The notes: generated by a model from the letters alone, not told the origin. A stretch of 64,000 nt of DNA from an uncultured bacterium (GCA_965368975.1 CBDUPA010000014.1:64001-128000), one strand, 5' to 3'. Counted from the stretch's first letter, positions 20,176 through 30,262 are shown. Made by a program: numbers and translations.

Positions 20176-22410
20176 TCACGGAATCGTGACGCTCTTCACG
20201 ATCTCGTCCGAACCGCCGGGGCCCAGCACTCGTAGGCGCGTGGCGTAGGTGCCCGGGCCCGGGAAGACGAACTGCGGGTTCTCGGAAGCAGAGTCGATCG
20301 TACCGTCGTTGGTGAAGTCCCAAGCGTAGGTGATCACGTCCGCGCTGGAGGTGTTCGTGAACTGCACCGTCGAGCCACCGACGATGAAGAACTCGAAGCC
20401 GGCAGTGGGCGGCGGATCGACCGGCGGCGGCGCCGGCGGATCGATGGTCACGGTGTTGATCACCGTATCCGTATTGCCGTCGACATCCGTCACCACCAAG
20501 CGCACGGCATAGGTGCCATCCGTCGGATAGGTGAATTGCGGGTTCGTCGCAGTGGAGTCGATCGAACCGTTGTTCGTGAAGTCCCATTCGAAGGTCAGCG
20601 GCGGGTTGCCGGTGCTCTCGTTGACGAACTGAATCGTGTTGCCATTGAGCTGCTCCGAGCTGAAGGCGGCCGCCAGCGGGATCTCGCTCTCGTTACATGT
20701 CGTGTCGACCGGCTCGTAGATGAAGCCGTTCTGGAACGTATCGGTACACGTCGTCGCCAGACTCTCGACCGTCACCGAAACGGGAGTCGCGATCGGACGC
20801 GTTCCCTCGGTGCCGTCACCGTTGTCGTCGCACGGTTCGGTCTCGGGATCACCCGGCAGCGGCGGCACGATAACGCTGATCTCAGTGTCGGAGACACTCT
20901 GGATCTGCGCCGAGACCTCTTCACCGCCATTGCTGAACACGACCCGGCTCGGCGACTCGAACTGAGTACCGTTGATGGTCGCAGCAGTCCCACCGGAGAA
21001 CGGTGCCGTGTTGGGCGTAATGCCCGCCACGAAGGGCTCGAAGACCCGGAAGACAAACAGGGTACCACCGGAGTTTCCATTGTCGCCCGTCTCGATGTTG
21101 GTCAGCGAAACTGGACCGGTGATGTCGGCACACGTCGTGGGCACCACGACCTCGGTACGAACAACGACCTCGGAACCCGTGACCGACAAGATCGGCATGG
21201 CGAAGCCAGCCAGGCTGACCGCCACCGGCTCGTCGAAGCCAGCACCGAAGATGGTCACCAGCGTGCCTGGAACGTTGTACTCGGCCTGCCCCGGGGCGAA
21301 GGACGAAATCGTCACACCACCCAGGAAGCCGTAGCGGAAGGCCGACGGCACGACGGTGGCGAAACCGGAGTTCTTGTTGCGCACCAGGATGCTGACCGTC
21401 GAGTTGCGCAGATCGAGACCGATGCCCTGGGCAGCCGGGCTGACTACCGTCAACTCGTTGCGCGAGGAACTCTCGACCACAGCTTCGAGGCCCGTGAAGG
21501 CGGCGACCGAACCAGTACCGAACAGCACCTGGATCGGCTGCTCGAAGCCGTCACCGAGGATACGAATCCTCGTGCCGCCCTCGTTCGGTCCGTTGGCTGG
21601 CGACAGCGAGGTGATCGCCGGCTGCAGGATCGAGCCCCCCAGCGAGTAGAGGAACGCGCCCTCGAGCGTTTGGATGGTCTCGTCTGTGGTGCCAACCTTG
21701 TTGGTGACCCGCACATCGACGGTCAGCGTCTCGTTGACATTCACCGACACCGGTGCCGGCGGCGTGGTCACGACGATGGTCTCCGGGCTGATCGACTGCA
21801 CGGAGGCGTTGTTGACGAACAACGTCTCGGAGCCACCACCCACAGCTGCCTGCACCAAGAACTCGACCTTGACCGGAGAGACGAAGCCCTGACCGTTGAT
21901 GCTGACCGTCTCGCCACCACCGGGGATACCCGTACCAGGACTGACGCTACCGGCAAAGAAGGTCGAGGAGCCGACGATCGGGATCTGGATCTGCGCGAAG
22001 CTATCCTGGATGCTCGCCTGCACGGTGGCGACACCGGGCACGTCGCCCGGCAGCAGACTCACCTGCGTGACACCGCGGTTGAGCACCGCATTGACCGCTT
22101 GCGTGCCGTCGACAAACGTGCCGAGGGTGGTCACGATCTGGATCACAGCACCGTCTGGCGGCAGCTGGTTGTTGTCGGTGCGCCGTACGCTGACCGAGAC
22201 CAAGGTTTGTTCGTCGCTACCGACCGTCAACTCCGAGGAGCTGACCGTGACGGTCACGGCAAAGGTGGCGTTGGTGCTCGAGCCCGGCGCCGATGGCTGC
22301 TGTTGCGGCCGGGTCGGCGAGTCGTCGCTGGAGCAACCGACGAGGAGGAAGCCGGCAGTGGCGCAAAGCACCAAAAGCCGGCGGGCGGACTGGGCGATCA
22401 CGGAAGACAT
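20176..22410 (-). CDS. Lipoprotein with Ig-like, several IPT/TIG and two PKD domains
   Basis: Lipobox LVG-C; IPT units (SP..G...GG..V.I.G.GF..P..V.F); two PKD units (WDFTN.G.IDS...NPQF.YP..GTY..RL); Cys pairs. Confidence 0.8.
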   Translation of the reverse strand: MSSVIAQSARRLLVLCATAGFLLVGCSSDDSPTRPQQQPSAPGSSTNATFAVTVTVSSSELTVGSDEQTLVSVSVRRTDNNQLPPDGAVIQIVTTLGTFVDGTQAVNAVLNRGVTQVSLLPGDVPGVATVQASIQDSFAQIQIPIVGSSTFFAGSVSPGTGIPGGGETVSINGQGFVSPVKVEFLVQAAVGGGSETLFVNNASVQSISPETIVVTTPPAPVSVNVNETLTVDVRVTNKVGTTDETIQTLEGAFLYSLGGSILQPAITSLSPANGPNEGGTRIRILGDGFEQPIQVLFGTGSVAAFTGLEAVVESSSRNELTVVSPAAQGIGLDLRNSTVSILVRNKNSGFATVVPSAFRYGFLGGVTISSFAPGQAEYNVPGTLVTIFGAGFDEPVAVSLAGFAMPILSVTGSEVVVRTEVVVPTTCADITGPVSLTNIETGDNGNSGGTLFVFRVFEPFVAGITPNTAPFSGGTAATINGTQFESPSRVVFSNGGEEVSAQIQSVSDTEISVIVPPLPGDPETEPCDDNGDGTEGTRPIATPVSVTVESLATTCTDTFQNGFIYEPVDTTCNESEIPLAAAFSSEQLNGNTIQFVNESTGNPPLTFEWDFTNNGSIDSTATNPQFTYPTDGTYAVRLVVTDVDGNTDTVINTVTIDPPAPPPVDPPPTAGFEFFIVGGSTVQFTNTSSADVITYAWDFTNDGTIDSASENPQFVFPGPGTYATRLRVLGPGGSDEIVKSVTIP

Positions 22411-22432
22411 ATCTTGGGCCCCCTTCCCTGGA

Positions 22433-22990
22433 TCAGGGCACGAACTCGACGGTGAAGGCGATGGGCTCGGTAGCCAGGTTGGCACCGGACACGGTGCGCC
22501 CGAAGAACCGCATGCTCAAGTTGAGGGTAATGACCTGTTCGCCGGTCTCCTTGTCGAAGGCACCGTTCTCGAACAGCAGGTCCGAAATCGGTGGGTTGTC
22601 GAACTGCTCGACTCCCATCAGGCGCAGATTCTCGAAGGTGATGGTTCCCTCGGGCGGAATGTAGCCGAACTGAGGCTCCACCAGAATGGGGGGCAGGCGG
22701 GAACCGCCATCGGCACGCGAGTAGCTGACTTCGTAGGTGTCGAGCTCGACACCCTGCAATTCGCTGGTGACCGCGTTCGGGTCTTTGGCGAAGCTGGAGA
22801 TCTGGATCTCACCGACTTGCAGAATCTGGCCCGCAAGGTTGACCGACGCGCGTAGCGGCAGGCCGTTGAAGTCGGAAACGACCAGGAAGACGTCGCCGTC
22901 GGAGTCTTCGATGCGATCGCTGCTGCAACCGGCGGTCACGAGCAGGACCGCTAGCAGCGCGATGATGGAGGTCATTGAGTGGCTTCGCAT
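22433..22990 (-). CDS. Hypothetical lipoprotein directly downstream of pilQ
   Basis: Lipobox TAG-C; GAAGGAG/GAGG RBS; 20 nt from the pilQ stop. Confidence 0.75.
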   Translation of the reverse strand: MRSHSMTSIIALLAVLLVTAGCSSDRIEDSDGDVFLVVSDFNGLPLRASVNLAGQILQVGEIQISSFAKDPNAVTSELQGVELDTYEVSYSRADGGSRLPPILVEPQFGYIPPEGTITFENLRLMGVEQFDNPPISDLLFENGAFDKETGEQVITLNLSMRFFGRTVSGANLATEPIAFTVEFVP

Positions 22991-23010
22991 GGTTCCTCGG
23001 CTCCTTCTAC

Positions 23011-26000
23011 TCACAGCTGGATCACCCGCGGAGTGATGAAGATTAGCAGCTCTTCGTTGTTGTTGCCGCGGCGGCGGTTCTTGAACAGGTGTCCGAGGAT
23101 CGGCACGTTGGCCAAGCCCGGGACCCGATCTTCACCGCGGTCGTTGGAGATCTCGTAGATACCACCGATCACGGTGGTGCCGCCGTCGCGCACGATGACG
23201 CGCGTGCGCGCCTCCTTCGTGGAGATCGGTGCGTTGGTCGCGCCCGGCAGCGCGAAAGCGGGCTGCGGTTCGCGCTTGGCGATCGAGATGTCCATGATCA
23301 CGGTACCGTCCGGCGTGATCTGAGGCGTCACCCCCAGTTCCAGAGTAGCGTTGACGAACTGAACCGTCACGGTGTTGTTGGCCACCGTCTGGATGGGGAT
23401 CTGCAAACCACTCTGAATGGTGGCCTGCTGGTTGTTCAAGGTGGCGATGCGTGGCGCCGATAGCACACTGGCGAGGCCCTCGCTCTCCGCCGCCTGCAGC
23501 GACAGATCGAGCTGGAAGGTGTTCAGCACGTTACCCAGGTTGATGTCGAGGAAGCCGTTGGCGCCACCCGTGAGCAGCTGTACGCCACCGTTGGCTGAAC
23601 CCTGGTGCGGGAACTGCAGGCCGGTAGTGTTGCCGAACTGCTCGTCCGAGATCGCGTCGAAGCTCCAGTTGACACCCAGGCTGCGGGTGAACTGCTTCGT
23701 CGTCTCGACGATGCGGGCTTCGATCAGCACCTGCGGCTCGGCGGTGTCGAGGTTGTCGATCACCGCCAGCACGGTATTCAGGTTGCCCGGCAGTTCCTTG
23801 ATGATCAGCTTGTTGGTGCGCTGATCGACAGTGACGCTGCCACGCGAGGACAGAATGCCGCGGCTGCGGCTGCCCTGCAGCAGGGTCGCGATCTCCTGCG
23901 CGTTGGCGTAGCTGATCGAGCGAATGACCGTCGCCAACGGAATCTCCTGCGCGCGGGCGGCCAGGAGCGCTCGACGTGCTCGCGCCTCCTCGGCCAGCGT
24001 GTCGGAGGTGGCAATCCGCATGATGTTGCCTTCGAGCACGTAGTCCAGACCGTTGATCTTCAAGATCAGGTCCAGCGCCTGGTCCCAGGGCACTTCACGC
24101 AACTCGACGGTCACCGAGCCCTGGACCCCCGGGTGGACGACCACATTGAGGCCGGTGAAGGTGGCGAACGAGCGCAGCACGTCCTTGATGTCCGAGTCCT
24201 TCAGGCTGAGACTGATCGGCGGGCCCTTGTACGACTGCCCCGCATCCCCGACCACTTCGGCCTGGATCTCGGTGGTCTCCGGCTCGCTCTCGACCTCGGT
24301 CTGGGCAAACTCGACTTCGGCGGCTTCGAACATGGCCACATCGCTGGTGGCACCGGCGGGTGGCAAGGACTCTCCGGCAGCACCGCTGGCGGTATCACCA
24401 GGCAGCGGCACCTGCAGCGGTGGCAGTTGGGGCTGCGGCGGCTCCTCGTAGACCGGTGCTGCGCTGGTTGCTTCCTCAATCACGGGTTCCTGGTACGCAG
24501 GTTCCTCGTACGCTGGCTCCTGGTAGACGGGTTCGGGCTCGACGGGCTGGACCGCCGCCGGCTCTTCGTAGAGCGGTTGCACCGGGGTTTCTACAGGCAG
24601 TTCCGTGGGCTCCGCAGTCTCCACACTGCTGTCGTCGGACAGCGGCTGCAAGCGTACCGAACGCGGCTCATCGAGCGCGGAAGCGGGCTCGTCCACAGCT
24701 GCTACGTCACCACTTTCCCCATAGGCGGGCTGGGCCGCTACAGGCTGGACCGCTACAGGCTCGGTCTCAGCAGGCTGGGCCGCAGGAGCATCGGCCGGCG
24801 GCAGTTCCGGCCAGGGCTCGGTAGCGCGCCAGTCGTCGGAGGTGTCTGCAACTTCGGTGGGCTGCGTCTCGGCAAGCTGCGTTGCAGCAGGCTCGGTTTC
24901 GGCAGGCTGGGTTTCGGCAGGAACCGCCTCGACAGGAGTACCGGTCGAGCCTGCAGCCTCGGCGACGACCGGAGTCGGCGCGGTGATCGGCTGCGGCACT
25001 GACGCGGACCTGGGGGCTTCACCGAAGTGCAGGAGAAGTCCGTCTTCCGTCGCCTCGATAGACGGTTCGAGCGGACGCTCGAGGTCGAAGACGACGCGCG
25101 ACACGGCCTCGGGGAACGGCTTGAACTGGGCCACGCGGACCTGCTTGACCCCATTGCGACCGATCGCCACGGAGGCGCGTGAGCTGGTGTTGACCACACC
25201 CTTGAGGTCAATCACGAAGCGTGCCGGATTCTCCAGCGCGAACGTGATGTACGCGAAGTTGCCGTCGCCGGTCACCCGAACGGTGCCGTTCTCGACACTG
25301 ACGCGGCGCAGCACGGTGGCGGGTCGACCGGCTGGCGGCGGACCAGGAACCGCGTGGGGCACGACATCAGGAGCACCGGGATCGACTCCGGAAGCATCCG
25401 CGATCGGCTCGACCTGCAGCTCGGAAACCACTGGCTCCATCGGTTCGTCACGCGCTCTGTCGTCGCGCGGGAGGGGTTCATAGGACACCTCGCCCGCGGC
25501 AGCGACGCTGCTCTCGGTGCCCGCCGAGCCGGGGATGCCGGTCGCGGACAGCGGCGTCAGCTGCAGCTCTAGACTGCCGGCCTCGGCAGCCAGGGTGTGT
25601 TCGGCTTCTTCGCGCGTCACGATGGTCAAGCGCGTGAGCGGACGGTCCGCACTGATCTCGGTTTCCAGACGCACCTCTGCGACCAGGCCAGCATCACTGC
25701 GTAGGCCCTCGACGCTGCCGATCGGCTCGCTGTTGGGCAGCTCGATGACCAGATTGCCGGAACTGTCGCGGTAGCTGGTCCAAACTAGTGGCCGGCTCGC
25801 CTCGACGTCCAGTGCCGTGGCAACACCGGCTGCGCGCAGTTCGAGACTCTCGATCTGACGCGGCGGCGCTACAGAACTGGTCGCCGAATCGGCGGATGCA
25901 GACTGAGCATTGGTCGTCGCCTGCGACCTCGAGGCCGAGGAACAACCAGACACGGCCAGACTCATCGTGAGCGATGCCACGGTGAGCCACACTGCCGCCC

Positions 26001-26037
26001 GGTGACTGGAGCGCGGATGTTTCAGCTCTGGTGCCAT
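23011..26037 (-). CDS. pilQ: Type IV pilus secretin with AMIN domains and long Pro/Glu linker
   Basis: AMIN (NPARFVIDL, VRVAQF..VSRVVFDL), N-domains (VPWDQALDLIL), secretin (QVLIEARIVE, VPGLANVPILGHLF, ELLIFITPRVI); GGAGG RBS before ATG 26037. Confidence 0.93.
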   Translation of the reverse strand: MAPELKHPRSSHRAAVWLTVASLTMSLAVSGCSSASRSQATTNAQSASADSATSSVAPPRQIESLELRAAGVATALDVEASRPLVWTSYRDSSGNLVIELPNSEPIGSVEGLRSDAGLVAEVRLETEISADRPLTRLTIVTREEAEHTLAAEAGSLELQLTPLSATGIPGSAGTESSVAAAGEVSYEPLPRDDRARDEPMEPVVSELQVEPIADASGVDPGAPDVVPHAVPGPPPAGRPATVLRRVSVENGTVRVTGDGNFAYITFALENPARFVIDLKGVVNTSSRASVAIGRNGVKQVRVAQFKPFPEAVSRVVFDLERPLEPSIEATEDGLLLHFGEAPRSASVPQPITAPTPVVAEAAGSTGTPVEAVPAETQPAETEPAATQLAETQPTEVADTSDDWRATEPWPELPPADAPAAQPAETEPVAVQPVAAQPAYGESGDVAAVDEPASALDEPRSVRLQPLSDDSSVETAEPTELPVETPVQPLYEEPAAVQPVEPEPVYQEPAYEEPAYQEPVIEEATSAAPVYEEPPQPQLPPLQVPLPGDTASGAAGESLPPAGATSDVAMFEAAEVEFAQTEVESEPETTEIQAEVVGDAGQSYKGPPISLSLKDSDIKDVLRSFATFTGLNVVVHPGVQGSVTVELREVPWDQALDLILKINGLDYVLEGNIMRIATSDTLAEEARARRALLAARAQEIPLATVIRSISYANAQEIATLLQGSRSRGILSSRGSVTVDQRTNKLIIKELPGNLNTVLAVIDNLDTAEPQVLIEARIVETTKQFTRSLGVNWSFDAISDEQFGNTTGLQFPHQGSANGGVQLLTGGANGFLDINLGNVLNTFQLDLSLQAAESEGLASVLSAPRIATLNNQQATIQSGLQIPIQTVANNTVTVQFVNATLELGVTPQITPDGTVIMDISIAKREPQPAFALPGATNAPISTKEARTRVIVRDGGTTVIGGIYEISNDRGEDRVPGLANVPILGHLFKNRRRGNNNEELLIFITPRVIQL

Positions 26038-26132
26038 AAGGGCTCGCCTCCCGTTTCCTATCTTCACTCTCACACCAAGAGGGTTACTAGGCACACCAAG
26101 GGTAGTACTAGCACCGCTCGGTCCATTGCAGC

Positions 26133-26861
26133 TCATTGCGGCTCCGTTTCGATCGGTTTGGTGACTTCCCGGAACGGCTTGATCGCCTCGGGGTCGTTGA
26201 TGATCTGGCGGAACACGACGTGATCCGACCCGATGCTGATGACGTCGCCATCGAACAGCTGGTCGCCCGCCTGCAGGAGATAACTCTTGTCCTTGGACCC
26301 ACCACGCACCTGCGCGAAGTCGCCCAAGTGAGTATTGAAGATGCCGGTGATGAAGATCTCGTCGATCAGCAGGCCTGGCTTGCCTTCGGGGCGGGGTCCG
26401 GCCTGCTGCTGTACTTCGCGACGCCGCACCAGCGATCGGAAGGGATCGCGACGCGTGCCCCCGTCGTAGCGATCACCACCACCTGCGCGCAACTCGACGT
26501 CCGAGTCGAGAATCTCCTCGACGTCGCTCAGGTCGTTGAGTGGATCGGCACCAACCTGGCGCAGCAGATCGTCGGATCCGGCCTCGGCATCCGCCGCTGC
26601 CGGCACCGGCGGCAGATCGTCCGCCCCAGCAGCGTCGGCCGCCTCCCCTTCGTCGACCGCAGCAGCTTCACTGGTCGACGACTCAGCTGGCGGCGACTCG
26701 TCCTGCGCCAGGGCGGGCACCACGGCCACGCCGCACAGCAACATCAGCCATCCGGCAGCCGCCAGGACGCTCACGCCCAAGGCACTAGCACGCCGTGCGC
26801 CCTGCTGAGCCAAAAGCCCCACGGGGGCCTGATGAGACTCTGTTTGTTTGTGCTCCGTCAT
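26133..26861 (-). CDS. pilP: PilP-like pilus assembly protein
   Basis: RRDPFRSL motif, beta domain SYLLQAGDQLFDGDV; located between pilO and pilQ. Confidence 0.7.
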   Translation of the reverse strand: MTEHKQTESHQAPVGLLAQQGARRASALGVSVLAAAGWLMLLCGVAVVPALAQDESPPAESSTSEAAAVDEGEAADAAGADDLPPVPAAADAEAGSDDLLRQVGADPLNDLSDVEEILDSDVELRAGGGDRYDGGTRRDPFRSLVRRREVQQQAGPRPEGKPGLLIDEIFITGIFNTHLGDFAQVRGGSKDKSYLLQAGDQLFDGDVISIGSDHVVFRQIINDPEAIKPFREVTKPIETEPQ

Positions 26862-26905
26862 GATCCTGCTCCACTCCCGAGTTGACGCCACTATGGCTAC
26901 ACCGA

Positions 26906-27502
26906 TCAACGCCGGCGTTGGCGCTGCTGGGGCTCTTCGGGTTGGGTTTCTTTGTACACGAAGGTCTTGGCGGTGAAGCTGGCGTTGATCACGTGCCCCT
27001 GCTCGCCGCGACGCGTGTTGATCTTCAGGTTCTCGATGTTGATGATGCGCGAGAACCGCGCCACACGATCGAAGAACAGTGCCAGCTCATGGTAGCCGCC
27101 ATCAATGTCCATCTGAATCGGCCACTCTTTGTAGAACTCGCGATCCGTCTCGCGCTCTGCTGGATCGAACACGTTCAACTTGAAGCCGGCCTGCTCGGTG
27201 AGCGCACGGAAACGGCGAATCAGCTCTTGCGTATTCTTGCGCGTCGGCAAGATCCGCAAAAGCTTCTCGAGGTCCAGCTCCAGCTGCCCCACCTGGGCGC
27301 GGAACTTCGGCAGCTGCTGCTCAGCCACCCGCCCCTGGTTGATCTTCTGCTCAAGATCGATGATCTGGCGCTCCTCGCTGGCAATCTCTTCCTTGATGCC
27401 ATCGAACAGCTTGAACGCACAAAGGCTGAACACCACCAGGCTGACGCCGAGACCAATACTCAGGCCGATGTACCAAGGCTTGCCTTCAAGACCCGTTTCC
27501 AT
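26906..27502 (-). CDS. pilO: Type IV pilus assembly protein PilO
   Basis: N-terminal TM, coiled coil, LP, FY.EWPI...GGYHELALFFDRVARFSRIINI. Confidence 0.9.
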   Translation of the reverse strand: METGLEGKPWYIGLSIGLGVSLVVFSLCAFKLFDGIKEEIASEERQIIDLEQKINQGRVAEQQLPKFRAQVGQLELDLEKLLRILPTRKNTQELIRRFRALTEQAGFKLNVFDPAERETDREFYKEWPIQMDIDGGYHELALFFDRVARFSRIINIENLKINTRRGEQGHVINASFTAKTFVYKETQPEEPQQRQRRR

Positions 27503-27508
27503 GGTGCG

Positions 27509-28351
27509 TCAGCTCCTTTCCCCGGCCCTCGGAGTGGGCGGTCCTGCCAATGGGAGTCCTGGCAACGAGAATGAGGCCATGGGCCTGGACGGCGTCGAGC
27601 GCGGAGGCAGCGAGACGACCGGCCCGCGATACTGGGCCAGCAAAGCGAAGTCGAACGGCACCGGGTAGACAGCGGCGACGCGATCGCGTGCGCGTAGGTC
27701 CGTGGCGAGCTCGAACTCACGCTGCTGCCTCGGCGACTCCAGAGATGCCTGCTCGTTGGCCGAGCCATCTTCCCCTTCCTCGCCGTGCCTCAGCTGGTAG
27801 CCCACCGAAATCTCGAAACTGAACAGCGCATCGTTGGTCGCTCGATACTGTCGCAGCACCGGCTCCTGGAACTCCTCGACCTTGTCGAGATTGTCGATGA
27901 AGTTGGCGATCGCGTTCTCGTTGGTGGCTCGGCCATTGATCCGAATCACCGCCGCCTGCACCTCCAGCCGCTCCAGCCAGACCATCTCGGGCAAGGCGCG
28001 CGAGACGTAGTCCATCAGCTGCACTGGCCCGCGCTGATTGGTGCGTAGCCCCTGAATGACAGAGATCTTCTGCTCCAGCAGCTCTTGCTTGTTCTTGAAC
28101 TCTTCGACCTCGGCAATGATCGGCTTCAGGCGCTCGTATTCCTGCTCGCGCTCGACCTTGATGGCCTTCTTCTCTTGCAGCTCGCCTTTCAGCATCCACC
28201 AGTAGACGCCCGTGCCGAGCAAGCCCGGAATGAGACCCGCGAGCAGCAGTAGGCCCGCGAGATTCTGCTCGTCGACCTTGACACTGATTGCCTTCTTCTT
28301 GCGAACGGCGACCGGCCGCTTGCCTTCGGACAGCAGGTTGATCTTGATCAT
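27509..28351 (-). CDS. pilN: Type IV pilus assembly protein PilN, with C-terminal extension
   Basis: MIKINLL PilM-binding motif, TM, coiled coil, LPEMVWL, IANFIDNL. Confidence 0.9.
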   Translation of the reverse strand: MIKINLLSEGKRPVAVRKKKAISVKVDEQNLAGLLLLAGLIPGLLGTGVYWWMLKGELQEKKAIKVEREQEYERLKPIIAEVEEFKNKQELLEQKISVIQGLRTNQRGPVQLMDYVSRALPEMVWLERLEVQAAVIRINGRATNENAIANFIDNLDKVEEFQEPVLRQYRATNDALFSFEISVGYQLRHGEEGEDGSANEQASLESPRQQREFELATDLRARDRVAAVYPVPFDFALLAQYRGPVVSLPPRSTPSRPMASFSLPGLPLAGPPTPRAGERS

Positions 28352-28355
28352 GCGA

Positions 28356-29411
28356 TCAGTCCCTCACTTTCCGGATCGCCAGGCCGATCGACACCGCCAA
28401 GCGCGGCGCGATGCTCTGCAGCCATTCACTGTCGAAGTCGCTCTCTTTGTACTGCACCCGGCGCAACGGATTCATCAGCTCAGTGGGCACGCCGAAGCGG
28501 TCGCGCAGGATCTGCTGCAGATTGGGTGTCAGCGAGCAGCCACCAGACAAAACGAGCTCATCCACCGAGGCCTCGGACGAGGTGGCTGAATAGAAGTCGA
28601 ACGTCTTCTGCACCTCGCCAGCCATCTCTTCGGACACCGCGTCGAGTACCGGCTTGGCATCCGGCAGCGAAAAGCCACCGACGCTCTCGCCACGCTTGAG
28701 CGCTTCAGCCTGTTCGAAGGCGAGATTGAATTCGCGCTGCAACGCTTCGGTGAACTGGTTACCCCCGAAGGTCAGATCACGCCAGAAAACCGTAGCGCCA
28801 CGCGCCAGGATGTTGATATTGGTCACGCCGGCGCCCATATTGATCAGTGCCACCACTTTCAGTGGGTCGAGATCGTAGTTGACCTCGTAGGCATTCTGGA
28901 TCGCGAACACGTCGACATCGACCAACGCCGGCACCTTGCCGGTCTGACTGATCACCGACTGATAGTCGTTGACCTTGTCTTTCTTTACCGCCACCAGCAG
29001 GACTTCCATCTGCTCGCCGTCCATCTCTCCCTCGCCCAGCACAACGTAGTCCATATGAACGTCGTTGATATCGAAGGGGATGTACTGCTCCGCCTCCCAG
29101 CGGATCGACTCGTCCAGCTCATCCTGACTCATGGCCGGCAGGTTGATCTTCTTGATGATCACCGAGTGGCCGGACAGCGAGGTGGCGTAGTTGGCGTTCT
29201 TGACCTTGGATTCCTCGTTGAGCTTGTGGATCGCATCCACGACCAGTGAGGAGTCCATGATCGAACCATCTACGATGGCTTCGGAGGACAGCGGCTCAAG
29301 GCCCAGGCGCACCAGAGAGAATTCCCCCTTGCGCTCCTTCAGCTCGACCATCTTCACGGCCGAACTACCGATATCGAGACCGACTACCCCTTTCGGCTTT
29401 GAGAACAGCAC
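28356..29411 (-). CDS. pilM: Type IV pilus assembly protein PilM
   Basis: GLDIGSSAVK, EAEQYIPF, FGGNQFT, LSGG, IGLAIR. Confidence 0.95.
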   Translation of the reverse strand: MLFSKPKGVVGLDIGSSAVKMVELKERKGEFSLVRLGLEPLSSEAIVDGSIMDSSLVVDAIHKLNEESKVKNANYATSLSGHSVIIKKINLPAMSQDELDESIRWEAEQYIPFDINDVHMDYVVLGEGEMDGEQMEVLLVAVKKDKVNDYQSVISQTGKVPALVDVDVFAIQNAYEVNYDLDPLKVVALINMGAGVTNINILARGATVFWRDLTFGGNQFTEALQREFNLAFEQAEALKRGESVGGFSLPDAKPVLDAVSEEMAGEVQKTFDFYSATSSEASVDELVLSGGCSLTPNLQQILRDRFGVPTELMNPLRRVQYKESDFDSEWLQSIAPRLAVSIGLAIRKVRD

Positions 29412-29521
29412 CCGCTTTTGCCCCCCTACTGGCGGTTGTTATCCGAGATCTTCAGACGTCCCTGACCGTCTCTTTATACCACCTTTTCGCCTTTGGTGGT
29501 GGATTTCGATTTGAGATAGTC

Positions 29522-29631
29522 ATATAGCTATATACACCAGCTCTGCCTTGAAGACAAGGAGAAATCCGGCTCCCAGGGGCTATTCCCCGAATTTCTCCCG
29601 GCCTGGTCCCCCTAATCGCCGGATTTCTCCT
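29522..29631. promoter_or_regulatory. Palindromes in the pilM/rpmB divergent promoter region
   Basis: ATATAGCTATAT palindrome (29522-29533); perfect 14-bp inverted repeat AGGAGAAATCCGGC (29557-29570) / GCCGGATTTCTCCT (29618-29631). Confidence 0.5.
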
Positions 29632-29899
29632 CCTTGATGCCGTTCACGCTTAAATAGTGGATCTTCGAAAGCTTCAGTTTTCCCCTGTCTCCTTCCATGA
29701 CCACGCTGCCCCTCTAGAGGGTGACGAAAGAGTACAACCGCGATATATAGTAGCCGCGTCCCGAGAGTGTCAAGATATGGGGTTCTACTGCTGGAACTCC
29801 CACAAGAGCAAGAGGGCCGGAAGTAGGGTTGCGGCTTCACCGGCGCTCGTGCTAAATTCCGCGCTCCTGTGTGACGACGCTCCCTGGAGAACCAAGATC

Positions 29900-30124
29900 A
29901 TGTCCAAACGATGCGAAATCTGCGATAAGGGTACGGTGTTCGGCAACAGCATCAGCCACGCCCACAACGTCACGAAGCGGTCCTGGCAGGCCAACCTACA
30001 GCGCGTACGTGCGTTGATCGGCGGCCAGGCCAAGCGTGTCTGGGTGTGCACTCGCTGCTTGCGCAGCGGTAAGGTGCAGAAGCCGCCAGTGCGTAACTGG
30101 CAGCCCGCCGAAGCCGAATCCTGA
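29900..30124 (+). CDS. rpmB: 50S ribosomal protein L28, Zn-binding form
   Basis: MSKRCEICDK...GNSISHAHNVTKRSWQANLQ...VCTRCLRSG; GGAG RBS. Confidence 0.96.
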   Translation: MSKRCEICDKGTVFGNSISHAHNVTKRSWQANLQRVRALIGGQAKRVWVCTRCLRSGKVQKPPVRNWQPAEAES

Positions 30125-30156
30125 CGCCCCGCCTACACTTCCTTCCGACCCAAGCC

Positions 30157-30202
30157 GCCGCACCTCCCGAGATCCTGGATCTCTGGTAGAGGTGCGGCTT
30201 TT
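30157..30202 (+). terminator. Probable terminator between convergent rpmB and rel
   Basis: GCCGCACCTC/GAGGTGCGGC outer stem, inner GAGATCC/GGATCTC stem, then TTTT. Confidence 0.65.
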
Positions 30203-30262
30203 CGTGCTTGTAGACAAGATCGCGTCCTGCCCTACAGGGAAGCCTCCGCTCCAGGTTTCGCC

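Noticed and set aside
20536-22455. Long antisense ORFs (also 5039-6607, 23605-25002, 37592-38947, 57530-59170)
   Set aside because: Typical high-GC shadow frames opposite well-supported genes, with no recognisable motifs.
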